This document shows, piece after piece, positions 12,101 to 27,100 of a stretch of 64,000 nt of DNA. The notes below the pieces were generated by a model. It was given only the letters and a program-made list of their open reading frames with translations, ran no database searches and had not been told where the DNA came from. The position numbers were made by a program, and so were the translations under genes. The stretch spans positions 186,001-250,000 of the forward strand of contig NMRA01000299.1 in assembly GCA_002633005.1 (NCBI GenBank). The letters run 5' to 3'. Each line of letters starts with the position of its first letter. Within the stretch, counting starts at the first letter, position 1. This stretch comes from Phoronis australis (lineage: Eukaryota; Animalia; Phoronida).

Positions 12101-15100
12101 ATACATTTTGCAATCAGAATTGTAATGGCTGCCTTAAAGCACACAGAAAGACATAAAGAGTACATCTACAATGAAGAGCACGGTTTGCAGTGGACTACTT
12201 GTAATAATGTTGAGAGAGCTGGTCAGATTGCCAAGTAAAAAACGGCAAAGTCAGCTGGGAATAGTAGCAAGAATGCTGAAAACAACACCAACTAAATGTC
12301 ACAATGTCTTACTCATCTAAGTTCAACATCACATTCAATCAAACATTTTGCATTTTGCATGAGTGACTATTCTAGAGGAGCTAGGAGGAGGGTGTTTCAA
12401 ATGCAGGTATTAATCTAGTCTGGCGTTTGCCTGCCAGCTAGCCTTTTGTCAGGTTGTTCCAAGACCCCACAACCGCTGACCCCCTCGACCCACGGCCCCT
12501 CGACCCACAACCCCCTCCACCCACAACCTAAAACCCCCTCAACCCACCACTTACAATACCCAATAGCTAAAACTAGGTTTGGTATCCTCTTAAATGAAGT
12601 GAAGGTATCCTACTTATCAATCTTCATTGTTTACCGTTATTGGACTCTCAAACACATTAACAACGCAGGCCATCACATCAACTATCCATTGTGGGTTGAC
12701 AACAACTTTAGATTTGAGGAACTGATTGGAAAATCGTTGAATTGTTCCAAGGTCATTCAGGAAGGTCACCGCATTTTTGAACTGCAACAAATTAAACACA
12801 TTAAATGAAACGGTGAAAACAGCAAATCAGTTGTGTAGGATTAGTTAACAAAAATAATAAGCAGTAATTACAGTAATTTAAACCCTTTACATGTTCACCG
12901 TATTCGCCTAAGTAAGCACCAATACCTCTATAAGCGCCCCCCAATGCGTTTTCAGACTTCGCTAAAATAACCGCCCTTCAGTACTAAAATTCTACAGAAA
13001 CATCTTCAATTTATCAATAATATCCGACAGTCATGAAAAACTCATTGTGCTCAGAATTTCTAGACCACGAGCCTTATCGCTACGGCAGTATTTGGCTGTG
13101 ACTGTACACTTCAAACTTACACAGTGCTTCAAAAAGAACGCAAAAGTCGAAATCAAACTTTTATTCAAGAAATCAATTGACTATCCTGAGACAGCGACGC
13201 ATCAGTCAGCAAGTTTTTTCCAAAAAAGGATCGTACTTTTAACGATGACGTTTGATAGCAATGCAAAACAACTATGTGAAAAGCTTACAGATACGTCACA
13301 GCATGTAAAGTTCATGAATCCTAGCTTCCGATTTCACCCGTTTCGAAGACCGGGTTTCAACTGCCTTAGGCTACAATAAGCGCCCCTCTTCCGAAACCAA
13401 TTTTTCTAAGCACCCTGGGCGCTTATTAGGGCGAATATGGTATTATAGAAAACATAACGTGCATTATATGAGTTAAGGCCAGAAAACGCTAGAAAGCACC
13501 TCTTGGCGTAATATTAACCTGAGGAATAAAAAATAAAAATACCAATGATAATTTCTCAACAAAGTAAAAAAGGAGGCCTACCTTCCATTTCAGTCAAAGT
13601 TTAAAAATAATACAGCAATGAACATACAGTATCTTTCTCGCTAAATATTCAAAAGATTTAAATTGAAATATTCGAAAATCAGGGGAAACGGGGTATTAAG
13701 CCAAGCCCTGTATGCTTATAAACAAAATGTTTTCAAGTTAAGGATGCACGTTTGTTTGAAAGGTCAATTTGCTCACACATATGACTTCACCATTTTTGCA
13801 TACAAATACCATACATGCAAAAGACAAAACAACTGTTTCACTCCTTTAGTAAAAATGAGTACCTCAATATGGTAAAAGTGCCAATAAAACTAACTGTTCA
13901 TCACCCGAATGATTGTGTTATATGTTTTGGGAGCAAAAAACTCTCAAGACTGGGTGTTCACTGCCTCTTCAAGAGAACTTGGAAGAGGGTGCTAAATTTG
14001 GTTGCTAGCTAAGGTAAGACACAGGAACCTTACTTACCTCGGTTTCATCGATAATTCCCACTTCACTTGCCAAATTTTTCATGTCAGTGATGTCAATCAA
14101 GTTCAGTTTCTTCTGTTCACGCTCCCTGTCATTTAAAGTTTAAAGCTGATTATGAACCTGTCTTTGGTTAAAACATAACATTTGATTTAGACAACTAACG
14201 GTTTTAAAACTGAAAATACTATGTTAAGATACTTTTTGGAACCAAATAATTGCACATTCAGTTGATGTCTGATGTGACTGTGTGTTTATCATTATCATTT
14301 ACCCTTTTTAGCCACCCGCAATAATTTTTTCTGGTAGTGGCCCACTTCAGCCGGAACAATATTCTTTCCAAATGTGTCTGAAAAATCTACAAAGTAATTG
14401 ACTGACGGCCCAGGGAATGTGAGTTGGCGTAAGGCTGTACGAAAAGAAAAGTATGTTTGCTAACCACAATTTTTTGACTTGACTACCCATTTTTTTGCAA
14501 TAGCTGGCTATGGTCATGGAACATCAGGCCTAGGGAAAATCGACCAGTGGAAACATCGGAACAGGACAATATCGGTTCTGGGGAACATCAGGTCATCACC
14601 ACTGTGTCCATCTCTGGCGCCGTGCTCTCTTTGATCCAACTTAAACATCCATTACAGACCTTCGTTGCGCCCGTTTCAGCACCTCCTTGGTCCTATGTAT
14701 TGCACCGGCCCCCTATTTGGATTCAAGGTGTCCTATTTTTTCTTGCGGGCCGTTTTTTCGTGTATGCGGAGGGAGGGTGGCCTGTTTTGTAGTGGCCTTG
14801 GTGCGAGGTCAAGTTGGTCGACTCAACGGCCTGGGTGACATCACTCCGTTGGCTTAATTTCACTCCCTCCAGCTTCTGTCGCGTATAACGGGCCTGTCGC
14901 CGCCAAACTTAATGATGCCTCATTAAAATTTGTTTACTCTTCCTTGAGTCACCTACTGGCCACTTTCCATGTTCTTCAATCAACTGTGAGGTTGCGTACA
15001 AGTTTTTACTATTCTAAAAGCGGAAAACACAACTTCAGAAGAAACTCTCAAGAGATATCGCAAAATTTAGGAAATGGCGCGTACGCGCGTTTCACGAGTA

Positions 15101-18100
15101 TACACTGTTTTCAAAACGACAACAGATTTTCCTTTGTTAGCATTTATAGCTTTTTTTACTTCTATGAATGGCTGTAATGGGCAAAGTAAATGTCGATTCA
15201 TTCCCAGATTCTGATTGCACCACTGCATTTTGTTAGCTCTAAGTTTCACGATGAGGTGATTAGCTGAGCACCCGGTTTGTGTGAAATTACGGTGTTTAAC
15301 GGAGCTCTACACACGGTTAACTAGCTGCAGTGTGGGTTGACGATAGTCTTCATACAGCTAGCTGGCTTTCTACCTCAGTATGTACATTTAAGAGAATCCC
15401 GCAGCTGCTTGAAGCTTTCATCACGGTCTCTTCAAGTAGTATTCCTGTCTCTTGCGATGAACAATCAGTTCACTCTTAGCTGCTATGGCTAGTAACGTAG
15501 AGCTGCCGTGAGAACTTAACAGGGACCTCAGGGGTCTCACGCTCCCCTGGTTTATTTACAAGAGATAATGATACCTGCAGCAAGTAGAACTACTTTCGTT
15601 ATCAAATTGGTGTAGACTTGCAGTAGAACTGTTTTTTTTTCTGTTGAGCCCAGACCGTTCGGAATTGCACCTTATACCAACTCCGGACGGTCTCTCACAA
15701 TTTAGCATTATGGCTGCTCAGAATAAGCTTGAGCGAGCAGCGGTCAAAATTCCTGGCTAGTGCATACCTTTAAAAATGCATGTTTTCCTTGTAAGCGAAA
15801 TATTCACGGCATTTTGTACAAGCTGTTAGAAAAATGACTATGCATTGTTTTGATATAAGGTGACTTTTAGAAGGCAACTTAGCTTCAGCCAGAGAAGTTT
15901 CAACTGCCATTCACTGTGGCGTTTTCTCGTTGATCCCACCTTGATTGATTCTATAGCCCAACAAGTTTGGAAGATGACCCCCGTAGCCAATATCTTATAC
16001 GAATAATTAACTACAGGCTGGCATTTACGGTTGGAGGGCCAGCTCTATTTTGTTCGTTAATTGCTCTAATCTTCAACAAGAGCAACGCGGAGCGTTGAAA
16101 TGCGCCCACAATTGCACCGCATATGGTATCCTTCTAGGGTTGTTTATTGGTACCATAAAGTGGCCAGTAGAGGGCATACTTTGCAAAATGGAAAGGCATG
16201 GTCCTTGTCTCCTCAATAGGCTAGGGGCAAAATGTGAGTAATCTTCATAATACAAGCACATCCTATACACCAGTTGCTNNNNNNNNNNNNNNNNNNNNNN
16301 NNNNNNNNNNNNNNNNNNNNNNNNNNNNNNNNNNNNNNNNNNNNNNNNNNNNNNNNNNNNNNNNNNNNNNNNNNNNNNNNNNNNNNNNNNNNNNNNNNNN
16401 NNNNNNNNNNNNNNNNNNNNNNNNNNNNNNNNNNNNNNNNNNNNNNNNNNNNNNNNNNNNNNNNNNNNNNNNNNNNNNNNNNNNNNNNNNNNNNNNNNNN
16501 NNNNNNNNNNNNNNNNNNNNNNNNNNNNNNNNNNNNNNNNNNNNNNNNNNNNNNNNNNNNNNNNNNNNNNNNNNNNNNNNNNNNNNNNNNNNNNNNNNNN
16601 NNNNNNNNNNNNNNNNNNNNNNNNNNNNNNNNNNNNNNNNNNNNNNNNNNNNNNNNNNNNNNNNNNNNNNNNNNNNNNNNNNNNNNNNNNNNNNNNNNNN
16701 NNNNNNNNNNNNNNNNNNNNNNNNNNNNNNNNNNNNNNNNNNNNNNNNNNNNNNNNNNNNNNNNNNNNNNNNNNNNNNNNNNNNNNNNNNNNNNNNNNNN
16801 NNNNNNNNNNNNNNNNNNNNNNNNNNNNNNNNNNNNNNNNNNNNNNNNNNNNNNNNNNNNNNNNNNNNNNNNNNNNNNNNNNNNNNNNNNNNNNNNNNNN
16901 NNNNNNNNNNNNNNNNNNNNNNNNNNNNNNNNNNNNNNNNNNNNNNNNNNNNNNNNNNNNNNNNNNNNNNNNNNNNNNNNNNNNNNNNNNNNNNNNNNNN
17001 NNNNNNNNNNNNNNNNNNNNNNNNNNNNNNNNNNNNNNNNNNNNNNNNNNNNNNNNNNNNNNNNNNNNNNNNNNNNNNNNNNNNNNNNNNNNNNNNNNNN
17101 NNNNNNNNNNNNNNNNNNNNNNNNNNNNNNNNNNNNNNNNNNNNNNNNNCTACTAGGTGCCTACATACCAAATTTCATGAAAATCCGTTCAGGACTTTTG
17201 AAGATACAAAGGTAAGCGTAAAAAACTAAAATTGCCACTAGGGGGCACACCGGTAGTCGGATCCGTCCGAAAGTTCGCACATGCCGTCCCATTCATGAAT
17301 GGAACATATGTGCCAAATTTCATGAACGTATGTCAAAGGGTTTTGGAGATAGAGCCGCGGACGCCGGACGGACGGACGGACGGACGGACGGACAGAGATG
17401 ACGGCATAATGCGTCCACATATAAATATGTGGGCGCATAATAAGATCATATCCTGCCTGAATGGACTGTGCTATTAAAAATAAAAGTTGTCATTACATAT
17501 CTGAACATAAACCAATGGCATTTCTGAATTTCTTGTCAAATGCTGGTCATGTTTAGTTTTTGTATAGCCAAAATCGTCCAACTACAACTGACGTTATGAC
17601 AATCTATTCTTTCCGAACATACAAATTCGCTCTAGGTTCGACTGTGTACACACAGTCTGTAATAAGCCTGGTAGATAATTGGCCTGCGTGTTGTCATACC
17701 ATACAAAACAGGTAACAAAGGAGCTAGATGTTGTCACATGCGCACAACCCTCTACGTGTGGTAAAGTCACTGAACGGGAGAACGCCATCATGAACAAGCT
17801 AGCAAGACGCTGATAAGCGCTCACCATGTGCATCTCAACAACTATAGAAGAGGCAGTCATTTTTTCAAATATTTCCACTAGGAGTGAGCAGCACAGTCAA
17901 GAAAATTGCATCTATAGTAAATTATACCAGTAGTCAGATTTGTCCGAAGATCAACGCCAGCCATGCTCTTCTTACTAGAATCAAAACTGGCAGAGCACAA
18001 TAATGAAAATTTTTTCACTAGGAGGCGTGCAGGTATTTAGATCTGTCCAAGCTCTAGTTCACTAAAATTGTGTGATGATAATCCTTTCTTCACTCGAACA

Positions 18101-21100
18101 TATTTGCCAAGATTCTTAAAGATCTGTCAGTGGGATATACTGCAACAGACACCTCACACCTGGACAATATACAGTTTACAAAAACTTGTGTTTGTCAACT
18201 TACTCAATGACTTTGTTGCGTAATTTCACCCAGACAGCAGGTATTTGTTCACCCATGTAGGGCTGCTGTAGAGCCGTTTGAATCACATGTTCTTGAAGCT
18301 CATCTATATTCTGAGAAGGTAAGAAAACTAATGAAAGTCATGCGAGTATATAAGATGTCAAGCCATTATAAAATAAATTTAGGATAGCATATCTTGCCAA
18401 AGAAATGTAACTGCGCTCAGCTCATAAACTTCCAATACCTTAAATCCTATAATGTTCTATGCAAGCCACTGACAGATGGATCAACGACAACACTTGACAG
18501 TGCCACTCAACTAACAAATTAACTGTGACATTCTACAAAACAACATAAATATTTGCTGACCTGAAATTCTGCCAATCCACAAGTTATATCACTGAAAGTA
18601 TCTCAGACTATCTCTATGTTATTCAAAAGTCAAAGTCGTGACATCCCATCTCATTTGTTATCACTTGTCTGTGATAGTAACATTATTACAAAGACATGCC
18701 TCATCTGATAATTTTGAGATGCCTTAACGCACACCTACATTGTTTAGCAAACATTTTGTGGTTGAATCTGTCAGGAAATGGAACCTTTTGACAGAGAAAA
18801 TCGAGCAGACTGGGTGTTTTAGAACATTCAAAATACCCTTCATATCATATCACACTTTTCAAACTAGCCTCTTTACATCCTCATCTGTATAATTCAGTCA
18901 TTACTGATGTTTAATAATCTAAATTGCATTTGTATTATTTTATTAATATTTCGTATTTCTTGTATTAAGTTACTTGCTTGAAAAGTATTATGTGATAGAT
19001 AAGTTTTACACTTAACATATGACGTGTTTATCCTCTATCAAATAAAGTTGTCAAAAAGCACTAGAAGGTTAAAATCACGACTGACTGTGTTTTTTGTTGG
19101 ATAACTTCACAGTGCATACTTGCTTATATTTTATGCTTTTTGAGCATCAAGTGTACAGTTATGAAGTAAATTGCTAATAGGCACGACAGACAAATGAACA
19201 AGTTCAACTTACTAGTCCAGTGAAGCAGCTGACATAGTGAAATCCAGCAATTTGAGGGAAACGCTTCTTCAGCTGTTTGACAGGCAAATCTGAACGAACA
19301 ACCTGGTGAAGCAAAGATCATTCAATATCAACATTGTACAGTCTGGCATTTTCTCATGTAGATTACACTTAATTAAGCGGATTCTGTAGTTTACAAACAA
19401 TGTCAAACCAGTGACAATCTGCTCAGGTTCAACCTTCTATTTTTCTGGTCTTAAAGGGGAACGCAGTCGATCTTGATGTTTGCTTGGAGATACATTTTTC
19501 TGAGTTAATTATTGTTGCCTGGATGTGTATTTTCTCACCATCCAATAATCACAACTAACACGAAACGCCAAAATGTTTGCATCTTAGATCTGCATTCACT
19601 TCTATTACGAAAACATGAAAAACCACCACAAAATGTATTAAACACTCAGCGAGTACCACATTGTGTTTACTCAATGGAATTAGAACCAAGATGAGGCCTC
19701 AAATGTAACATTCTGTTCTTCCATGGATAGAATATAGCCTCCAGAGGAACCGTAATCAACAAGAATTAAAATGGATCTCCAAGATGACCAGGGATTTTTG
19801 CTTTTCCTATACGCAGCATTGAAAATGGTTGACTTCCCTTTAACTTAACCCCACTGTTGATGCACTATTTTTGTTTCGGACTGCGTAGGGTTGCGTATTG
19901 TAACATTAATTTCTAAATGTTTCTTTCTACGTTCCAGTACAATCCGGGCTTATTCTCATGAACTGCTACATGTATACTAATGCTTATAACGCTAACAGTG
20001 ACTTCATGGAGCATAGAGCCAATATCATTGTAAGTTTATACTGTCTATTTTTTACATATTACGTAGAGTTCACTATATTCAGTGTGTGTCATATTGTACA
20101 AGACTGTTCAAGACATGTTGTATTACCGCGTATCTTTACTGTAATATGAACGTATTTCTCGAGATTTATTATAATTCCATTATATTTGTTTCAGAGAAAC
20201 CGACCTTGTCAGATTGACAGTACAACGTTTTCTTAGATTGTGAATAAATGTAATATATCCGATCACCCGTGTGTTCGAAGCCCATGGCTCCTACACCCAC
20301 TTCCAGTTTTCAGTGCATAAAAGTTTAACCTTTCACTTTTCAAGACATATGGACACCTGCAGTGTTGGCAGCTCTATGCTTTTATCTGCAGTTGTTTTGC
20401 CAACAGAGAATTCATCATGAGATTGCAATCTGACCAGTCAAGTCAATAAACAACTGCATTAATTTCTCTGCATAGGAAACTATGGATATTCAAGTGTTGA
20501 CAACATCAGGGGCTTACAAACAGGTTTAACATAACAACTACTGTAAGCATGCAGCTATGCTGGTAACTAATCTAGTCACATGTCTGCATCTGACCACCAT
20601 TCTCCTCGATATAGGGCAAAACAACAATCGGGTTCGTATTGTACTGCTTGTCACTGAGAGTACCTTGTTCACTGATAGAGTTGTAAACGAGTCACACAAA
20701 TTTCATATCATTTTGAAACAAGAGAGGATTGGAACACAACAGTCATTCTGACGACTTGGATTTAAAGAGCTTTCACTTAGGACAAACGTTGCCAAGAGAA
20801 CAAAATACGCAAAGATAAAGAGACATTTTCAAATAACTAATTTCAAGTGTTCCATTGTCATCTGCCAAAAATGATAGTAATGGTGAGGACAGTTTAGTCA
20901 CAAAAGAAATTGTCCACAGCCAGAAGGCAGATCCGCCATGTAATCCGGCATTACACATGCAGTAGATGAGATTATGGCCCAGAGTGATGAATAATTGTTA
21001 ACTTTTAATCAACAAGGTATAAAATTATCATTTGCAGTAATATTGCCATTCAAGCTTCTTGAATGGCAGTCCACCTTGTAAGAAATTATGGCCCCTGTTC

Positions 21101-24100
21101 AACCACAATTTATGCCCCATGATTCAACCATGAACATCCGTCCTCAGTCAAGCATGCTGTTTTATGCAAGTGCAAAAATGAACACAGAAAATTTCTTTTT
21201 TCAAGTTTTGAATGCACTCAAATTCTTGAAATTACAGGGCTCTCGACGTCTATCTTTTCAGGTACGCTTGCTGACCAGTTCACCCACAACAATGACCCGA
21301 CATTTGCACAGTCAGGCACCTTTGACAATTAGAAAGTAACTCACCTGGTCAGCATGTGTACCCACAACCAGAATGGGTGCCTTGGGAGCATGACTGTTTA
21401 TGGAGCTAAGCCAGAAGTCCAGACCAGCATGTTCAAAACCCAGTCGCATATTCCAGACAAGAAGGTAAACAGCTCGATCAGACAGAAAAAACTACAAAAT
21501 TTACAAACAGTCATGACAAGTACCATAATGTAGTTAATGTAAGACGGAAGCTTATCAGTACACTTACGTTTTTTAACCCAGAAGTTGTAAATTTAATTTA
21601 ATGGAAACGTTATGTTATCTCTGAAATATCCAACAAACTGCAAAAACAGTCTTGCAACCACAATTATCATCTTTTTGAACTAGACTTAGTTTTATCTTTA
21701 GCAACATTAATAACGAATGGCACACCCAAAATGCAGTTAAAACGCAAGTTAAAATGCTACAAAATTTTATTCAAGTTAAAACCACAATTGATCATATCTT
21801 GACAAAAGCATCGAGGAAGGATGTGACTGTTCATATGATAGACCTGAAACATTTTAATGTAGCTCTACAACTCATGGTTTCTATTGCACGCGAAATGTTA
21901 CATACTATATAATTCCAAATTTAAAAAGAATGCCATAACTTCAAATTATTTGAAAATAAATTTTACTGCTGAGAAATATATTTTAAAGTTGAAAAATCCA
22001 AAATCCAAATGAAATAAAAAATTCTGGACACCGTGGGAATCAATCTTTGCTGACTAAGTTATCAATTTCCTGATACATGTACATACTGCACACTTAAATT
22101 AATCTGAGTTGGTCCTGCACTGAGTGAGTGACGGTGTGTATAATATGTAGAACTTAATCAACACTATGGTTAATAATTTTGTAATGTTACATTTGAATGT
22201 CATTAACGCAACATTGTTGTTAACTAACTACCTGTAATATTATGTTTGAAGAATAAATGGTAAATAAATAATCTTATGGCATTTTTCTATAAACAAATTA
22301 AGGCTTACTTTTACATATCTTTAAGACCTTAACTAAATCTGATGATTATCACAAGAAAATATAACTCTGTAGAAAATACCTGATGAGTATTATAGTACAC
22401 AGTTTGTCCTGCAAAATCCCATACACTATAGGTAAGCTGTCCCTCTTCACCGTATGAGTCCAATCGAACAGACCATGTAGCAATGTCAATGCCATCTGTT
22501 ACCCGAGGGACATCGTAATTTGTTCTTCGTCCAGTCAACTGGTCCACCAAGCTAAAATGTGAAGAGCAGCAGAGTATTTTTCACGATGCCATAATGCAAT
22601 GCCTCACTAAAATCTTAGCACTAAAATTTTTACAAATTTTTTAAAATCAAATTTAATGATGCTCCTTTAAACCATATAGCAGATGCAGGCAGGTACCAAA
22701 ACTCCCAAAAACACTAAAGGTGCAACCACAGTACACAAAACATGCCGAAGTCATCCAAAAATGGCCAGATGCTGTTTTCTCCTAACCTTCCTGAAATTTT
22801 AGGGTTTTGGCTTCTTCACAAAAACTTATTTCGGTACGTAACTTTTTCTCTTACAATGTCCATGTTTTCTATGAAAGAAGCAGGGGGGGGGTCATCAACT
22901 TCGGTTTTGAGCTTTTTAAACTCAAACACCTTCACATAAAAATGCACGTCAAGTTGATGTCAAAACCGTGCCAATTTCGAGATCATGATTATTCGTTGCA
23001 TTTCACTGGATGGTAATTATATGTAGTTGGGACTGTGAAATAAGTTTAGTTGATGGGAACAATCTAAGACAAAAATAAATAAAATNTTTTTCACGATGCC
23101 GTAATGCAATGCCTCACTAAAATCTTAGCACTAAAATTTTTACAATTTTTTTAAAATCAAATTTAATGATGCTCCTTTAAACCATATAGCAGATGGAGGC
23201 AAGCACCAAAACCCCCAAAAACACTAAAAGTGCAACTACGGTACACAAAACATTCCAAAGTCATCCAAAAATGGCCAAATGCTGTTTTCTCCTAACCTTC
23301 CTGAAATTTTAGGGTTTTGGCTTCTACACAAAAACTTATTTCGGTACGTAACTTTTTCTCTTACAATGTCCATGTTTTCTATGAAAGAAGCAGAGGGGGG
23401 GTCATCAACTTCGGTTTTGAGCTTTTTAAACTCAAACACCTTCACATAAAAATGCACGTCAAGTTGATGTCAAAACCGTGCCAATTTCGAGATCATGATT
23501 ATTCGTTGCATTTCACTGGATGGTAATTATATGTAGTTGGGACTGTGAAATAAGTTTAGTTGATGGGAACAATCTAAGACAAAAATAAATAAAATGTAAT
23601 TCAAAAAGTTGCCTTTTGAATTAAGTCACACCAAAAGCCTACAGTAGGGTTTACCTATTGTTTAGTATGATGTCAGTGTAAAATTAGATATTGCGCAGGA
23701 ATAACAAAACTCAAACCCAAATCAAAATTTTTTAATTAAATGATCTGTTACTTAAAATAAAAATGTTTTTAATATTAGTTAATCCAAGTTGTAAAACAAC
23801 AGCCTGATTTATACCTTTTTGGCAATGTGTGTCGAACCCCCTTAAGGTTTATTGCTCTTTTCTATCTCTGACCATGACATTATAGCTGCCATGTGCTCAA
23901 CTACATGAAATAGCCCGAGGCAGATATCACGGCACGTGCATCATACCTAGTCTTGCCAGCACCACCCAGTCCAACCATCATCAGTTTGGTCTCCTTGCAC
24001 ATCAGCGAGCCAGTCAGTAGACGTCGCAAGTATCCCATGATCGTTGGAAGGCCTCGGTTGACGATCTCTCGTGGAGGTGTCTTTAAGGATGGACAGTTCC

Positions 24101-27100
24101 TTAAGGTCATAGCTACAGGGTAACAAAACAGTGTCTGGTAATGTAATGAGTAAACTAAACACAAAAAGGAGAATCAAGTACAACTGGGACAAAAACTGGA
24201 CGAAAAAGGTTTAAAAACAATAGAGATACGGCCTACATGTGGATTATTCTAAAACTCCCCCCACAACCCTCGACACCCTCATTCCACCACTTACAATATC
24301 CAAAGCTGGGCTTGGCTCAGTCAGGTTATTGACTCACCTTTGGCTTTGCTGGGTTTGGCTGGTATTAGTAATACATGTATTACCTGTCACGGACAGGATC
24401 ACTGGGGATACACTGGTACATTAATCTCCTCCCCAAACCATTCCCGTGACAATAGAAGGCGCAGAATTTCAGGGCTGACGCTGCCTGTACGCATTTGATT
24501 GGACAATACTAGGTTTGATCACATGGCTACTATTATAAAACTCAGCAAGATGGTACGAATTCTGCTTGAAGGTGCATCGATGAACAACCAGCTTAACATC
24601 AGTATAAGCAGAGACGGATTGGTTGGTGGTGCATGAGTCAGCGATGTAATCAGCACGTCGACGTGGCCATGCATGACAAACGACCAGATCATTGTATGAG
24701 GGTGGCGTGATCGGAAGACACCCCAGTTGGCTGGGAGATTTCCAGACTGAAATTTCATGAACACTGTCATAGAATCGGTGACAAAGATTATGGTGGGGTT
24801 CTCTACGACTAGTCTAGGTGTGATAGCTTGTTGTATGTCATGTAGTCCCATATTCTAACCATGTACTATTTGTGTGCACACGGTGGCAGTCACTGCCTCC
24901 AGCAATGACATTGTCAGCAAAAATTATTTAGTAGCCCATCCAACACGGTTAGTTGCAGCATCGAAAGATTCATCTGTTGCTACTGTGATGGCATCACCAT
25001 GCACCGTCAAGGTCACATCATAATTGACAGCACAATGCCTGGGCTACTCCAAGGGACCATCCCGAGCTTTTCTGTTGAAACCAATGGTGACATTCAGTCT
25101 CTCACCAAGTTCTTGTACGGTACTTGCAGTCATCCAGCACCTTGTGAGATTATGTGTCCCCCGATGAGGTCCATGGTTGCCTTTACAGCAATGGCAGTCC
25201 ACAAGCATCTGCTAAGTCGTTGGTAAGATGCATCTTCAATTGCAGTCTTCACTTGGCTGTGTAGAGGATGGATGGGGCTTTGAAGAGCCTTGGCTACACT
25301 AACACCTTGTAGAACAAACTGTCAGTCTGCAATACTGAGAACACCGACAAGGTAGCGTTACAGCTGAGACTGAAGTCAGTCTCATACATCCGATGTTTTG
25401 GAGTCTCTCAAGTTTGTTGATTTTTACTGGTGTTGATCATGGGGAGAGCAGAGCTGAAATCTAAAGTGATGAGGGCTTTAAAAAGCATGAAGATGTGCTT
25501 TTCCTCTGCCTTCCAACTGGCTGCAGCCCTAAGGGTGTTGATTCCTTTGTTAGCATGGCTGTTCATACTGTTCACTCGAGCTGTGAAGTTGAGGCTGCAG
25601 TCAAGTTGTACACCCAAGTGAGGCATCTAGTCAGTTGTAATCATCTGAGGGCTCCCATGGAAAGCAGTGTGAACTGATGGGGCTACCCTCATTGTAAATA
25701 TTACATTAATATTAAAAAAATTAAAATTAAAAAATCAGGGTTCGATGAACCTAGTGATTCTATGCGCCATGACATTTTCAGGGATTTTCCCAATGACGTC
25801 CTGCATCACTATGATGCGATATCCCTTGAGAGTGTGATGGTCCTTTCTAGGTTTGGGTACAGGACTTAAGAATGTATCTGCGAGGGATAATTCCACAAGC
25901 CAAACTGATATTGCCATACTTCACAAGATTGGCTAACAGGAAGACTTGAGTGTCAGAACTGTCAAGCCATTGGAGTCAGGGGCACCCTCTTTGCAAGTTT
26001 TGATAGCCTCCACAACGTTTATTACACAGAATTTACACTCATGTTCAGCAGTCCTGCAGAGTCCATCAGGTTGTTGGATGACGCGGTCTCTTTCAGATTG
26101 ATCACTGTGGTCACTTTGCTGGATGAAACGCATGGGAAAAGCCTCACCCTGTTCCCTGTCACTCCTCAGAATGATGTCATTTGCATTCAGTTGGATGGAT
26201 TTGGGAGGAGCGTGTCTCATGTCCATGTTACCATCAAAGTGGCAGAAATCTGTAGCTGTCAAACTGATCGATGGTAGACAGTCTCAGATGCCAAACATTT
26301 GAACAGGGCAGTGGCCCAATTCTGGCTATTCTGACGACTTTCAGCTCTTTGGCATGCACGGTCAAAAGCCCGCTCTTTGGAGCGCTCGTTAGCCCAGGTA
26401 GTGTCAACATCTTTATTCCACCAAGTAGGAGCATTCTGCCGCCTGTGGTATGGTATGTGCTTATGTAGGCTTTTGGTATGTCAGCAAGCTGATTTCCAGA
26501 TTTCATCCCCTTCGGTTTGATTGTAGGGGCATTTAACTGTTGTTGCTGGAGCCTTTAGTTGGTGGTGTAGCTGAACCTCACACAAGTAGTGATTACTTCT
26601 AACTTGACATCTCCTAAGCCACTCAGTATGGTCATGAAGACTATCGCTGCTCAGAGCAAGGTCAGTGCACGAGTCTTCGTCATCCGGTCTCACAGCCATT
26701 CTTGTGGGTTAACCAAAGTTGAGAGTATATAAATCTATTTCAGGAAGGCATTCAGCAAGACCATTATCATTCAGCTTCTCACCGTAGACATAACAGCTGG
26801 TGTGCCAAGCACTGAAATCCCCAACAACAAGAATGTCAGGATATATGTGAAAGTACATTGTGGAAAAAATTCCAATGGCCACATCTAGGAGAGGAGTTTC
26901 CCCAGATATACAGACTGACTTTAAGAGTAAATGGGTCACAGAGACTACGATCAGTGATGCTTATAACCTGCAATTGCCTGTCGGTGGTTAATGAAACTAT
27001 CCACAAGCTCTACTATGGCGTAGCTGTCTTTACTGATTGCGTACGCCAGGCCAATAGCAATGCCCTCTCTGGAAAGATGAAACCATAGACATATCAATAC

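Larger units (their letters stand above)
15905..17810 (+). repeat. Dispersed repeat, split by a pearl-like insertion
   Basis: 15905-16076 plus 17441-17810 match 39630-40190; a third, inverted copy lies near 27720-28075. Confidence 0.75.

Noticed and set aside
14526-15763. GC-richer segment with weak inverted ends (possible hAT-like element)
   Set aside because: TIRs are poor and no TSD was found.
16234-17229. ORFs of more than 300 aa
   Set aside because: Artefacts of the N gap.
22742-23526. Duplicated short ORFs
   Set aside because: Chance ORFs in the duplicated intronic block; the Roc exons on either side splice in frame without them.
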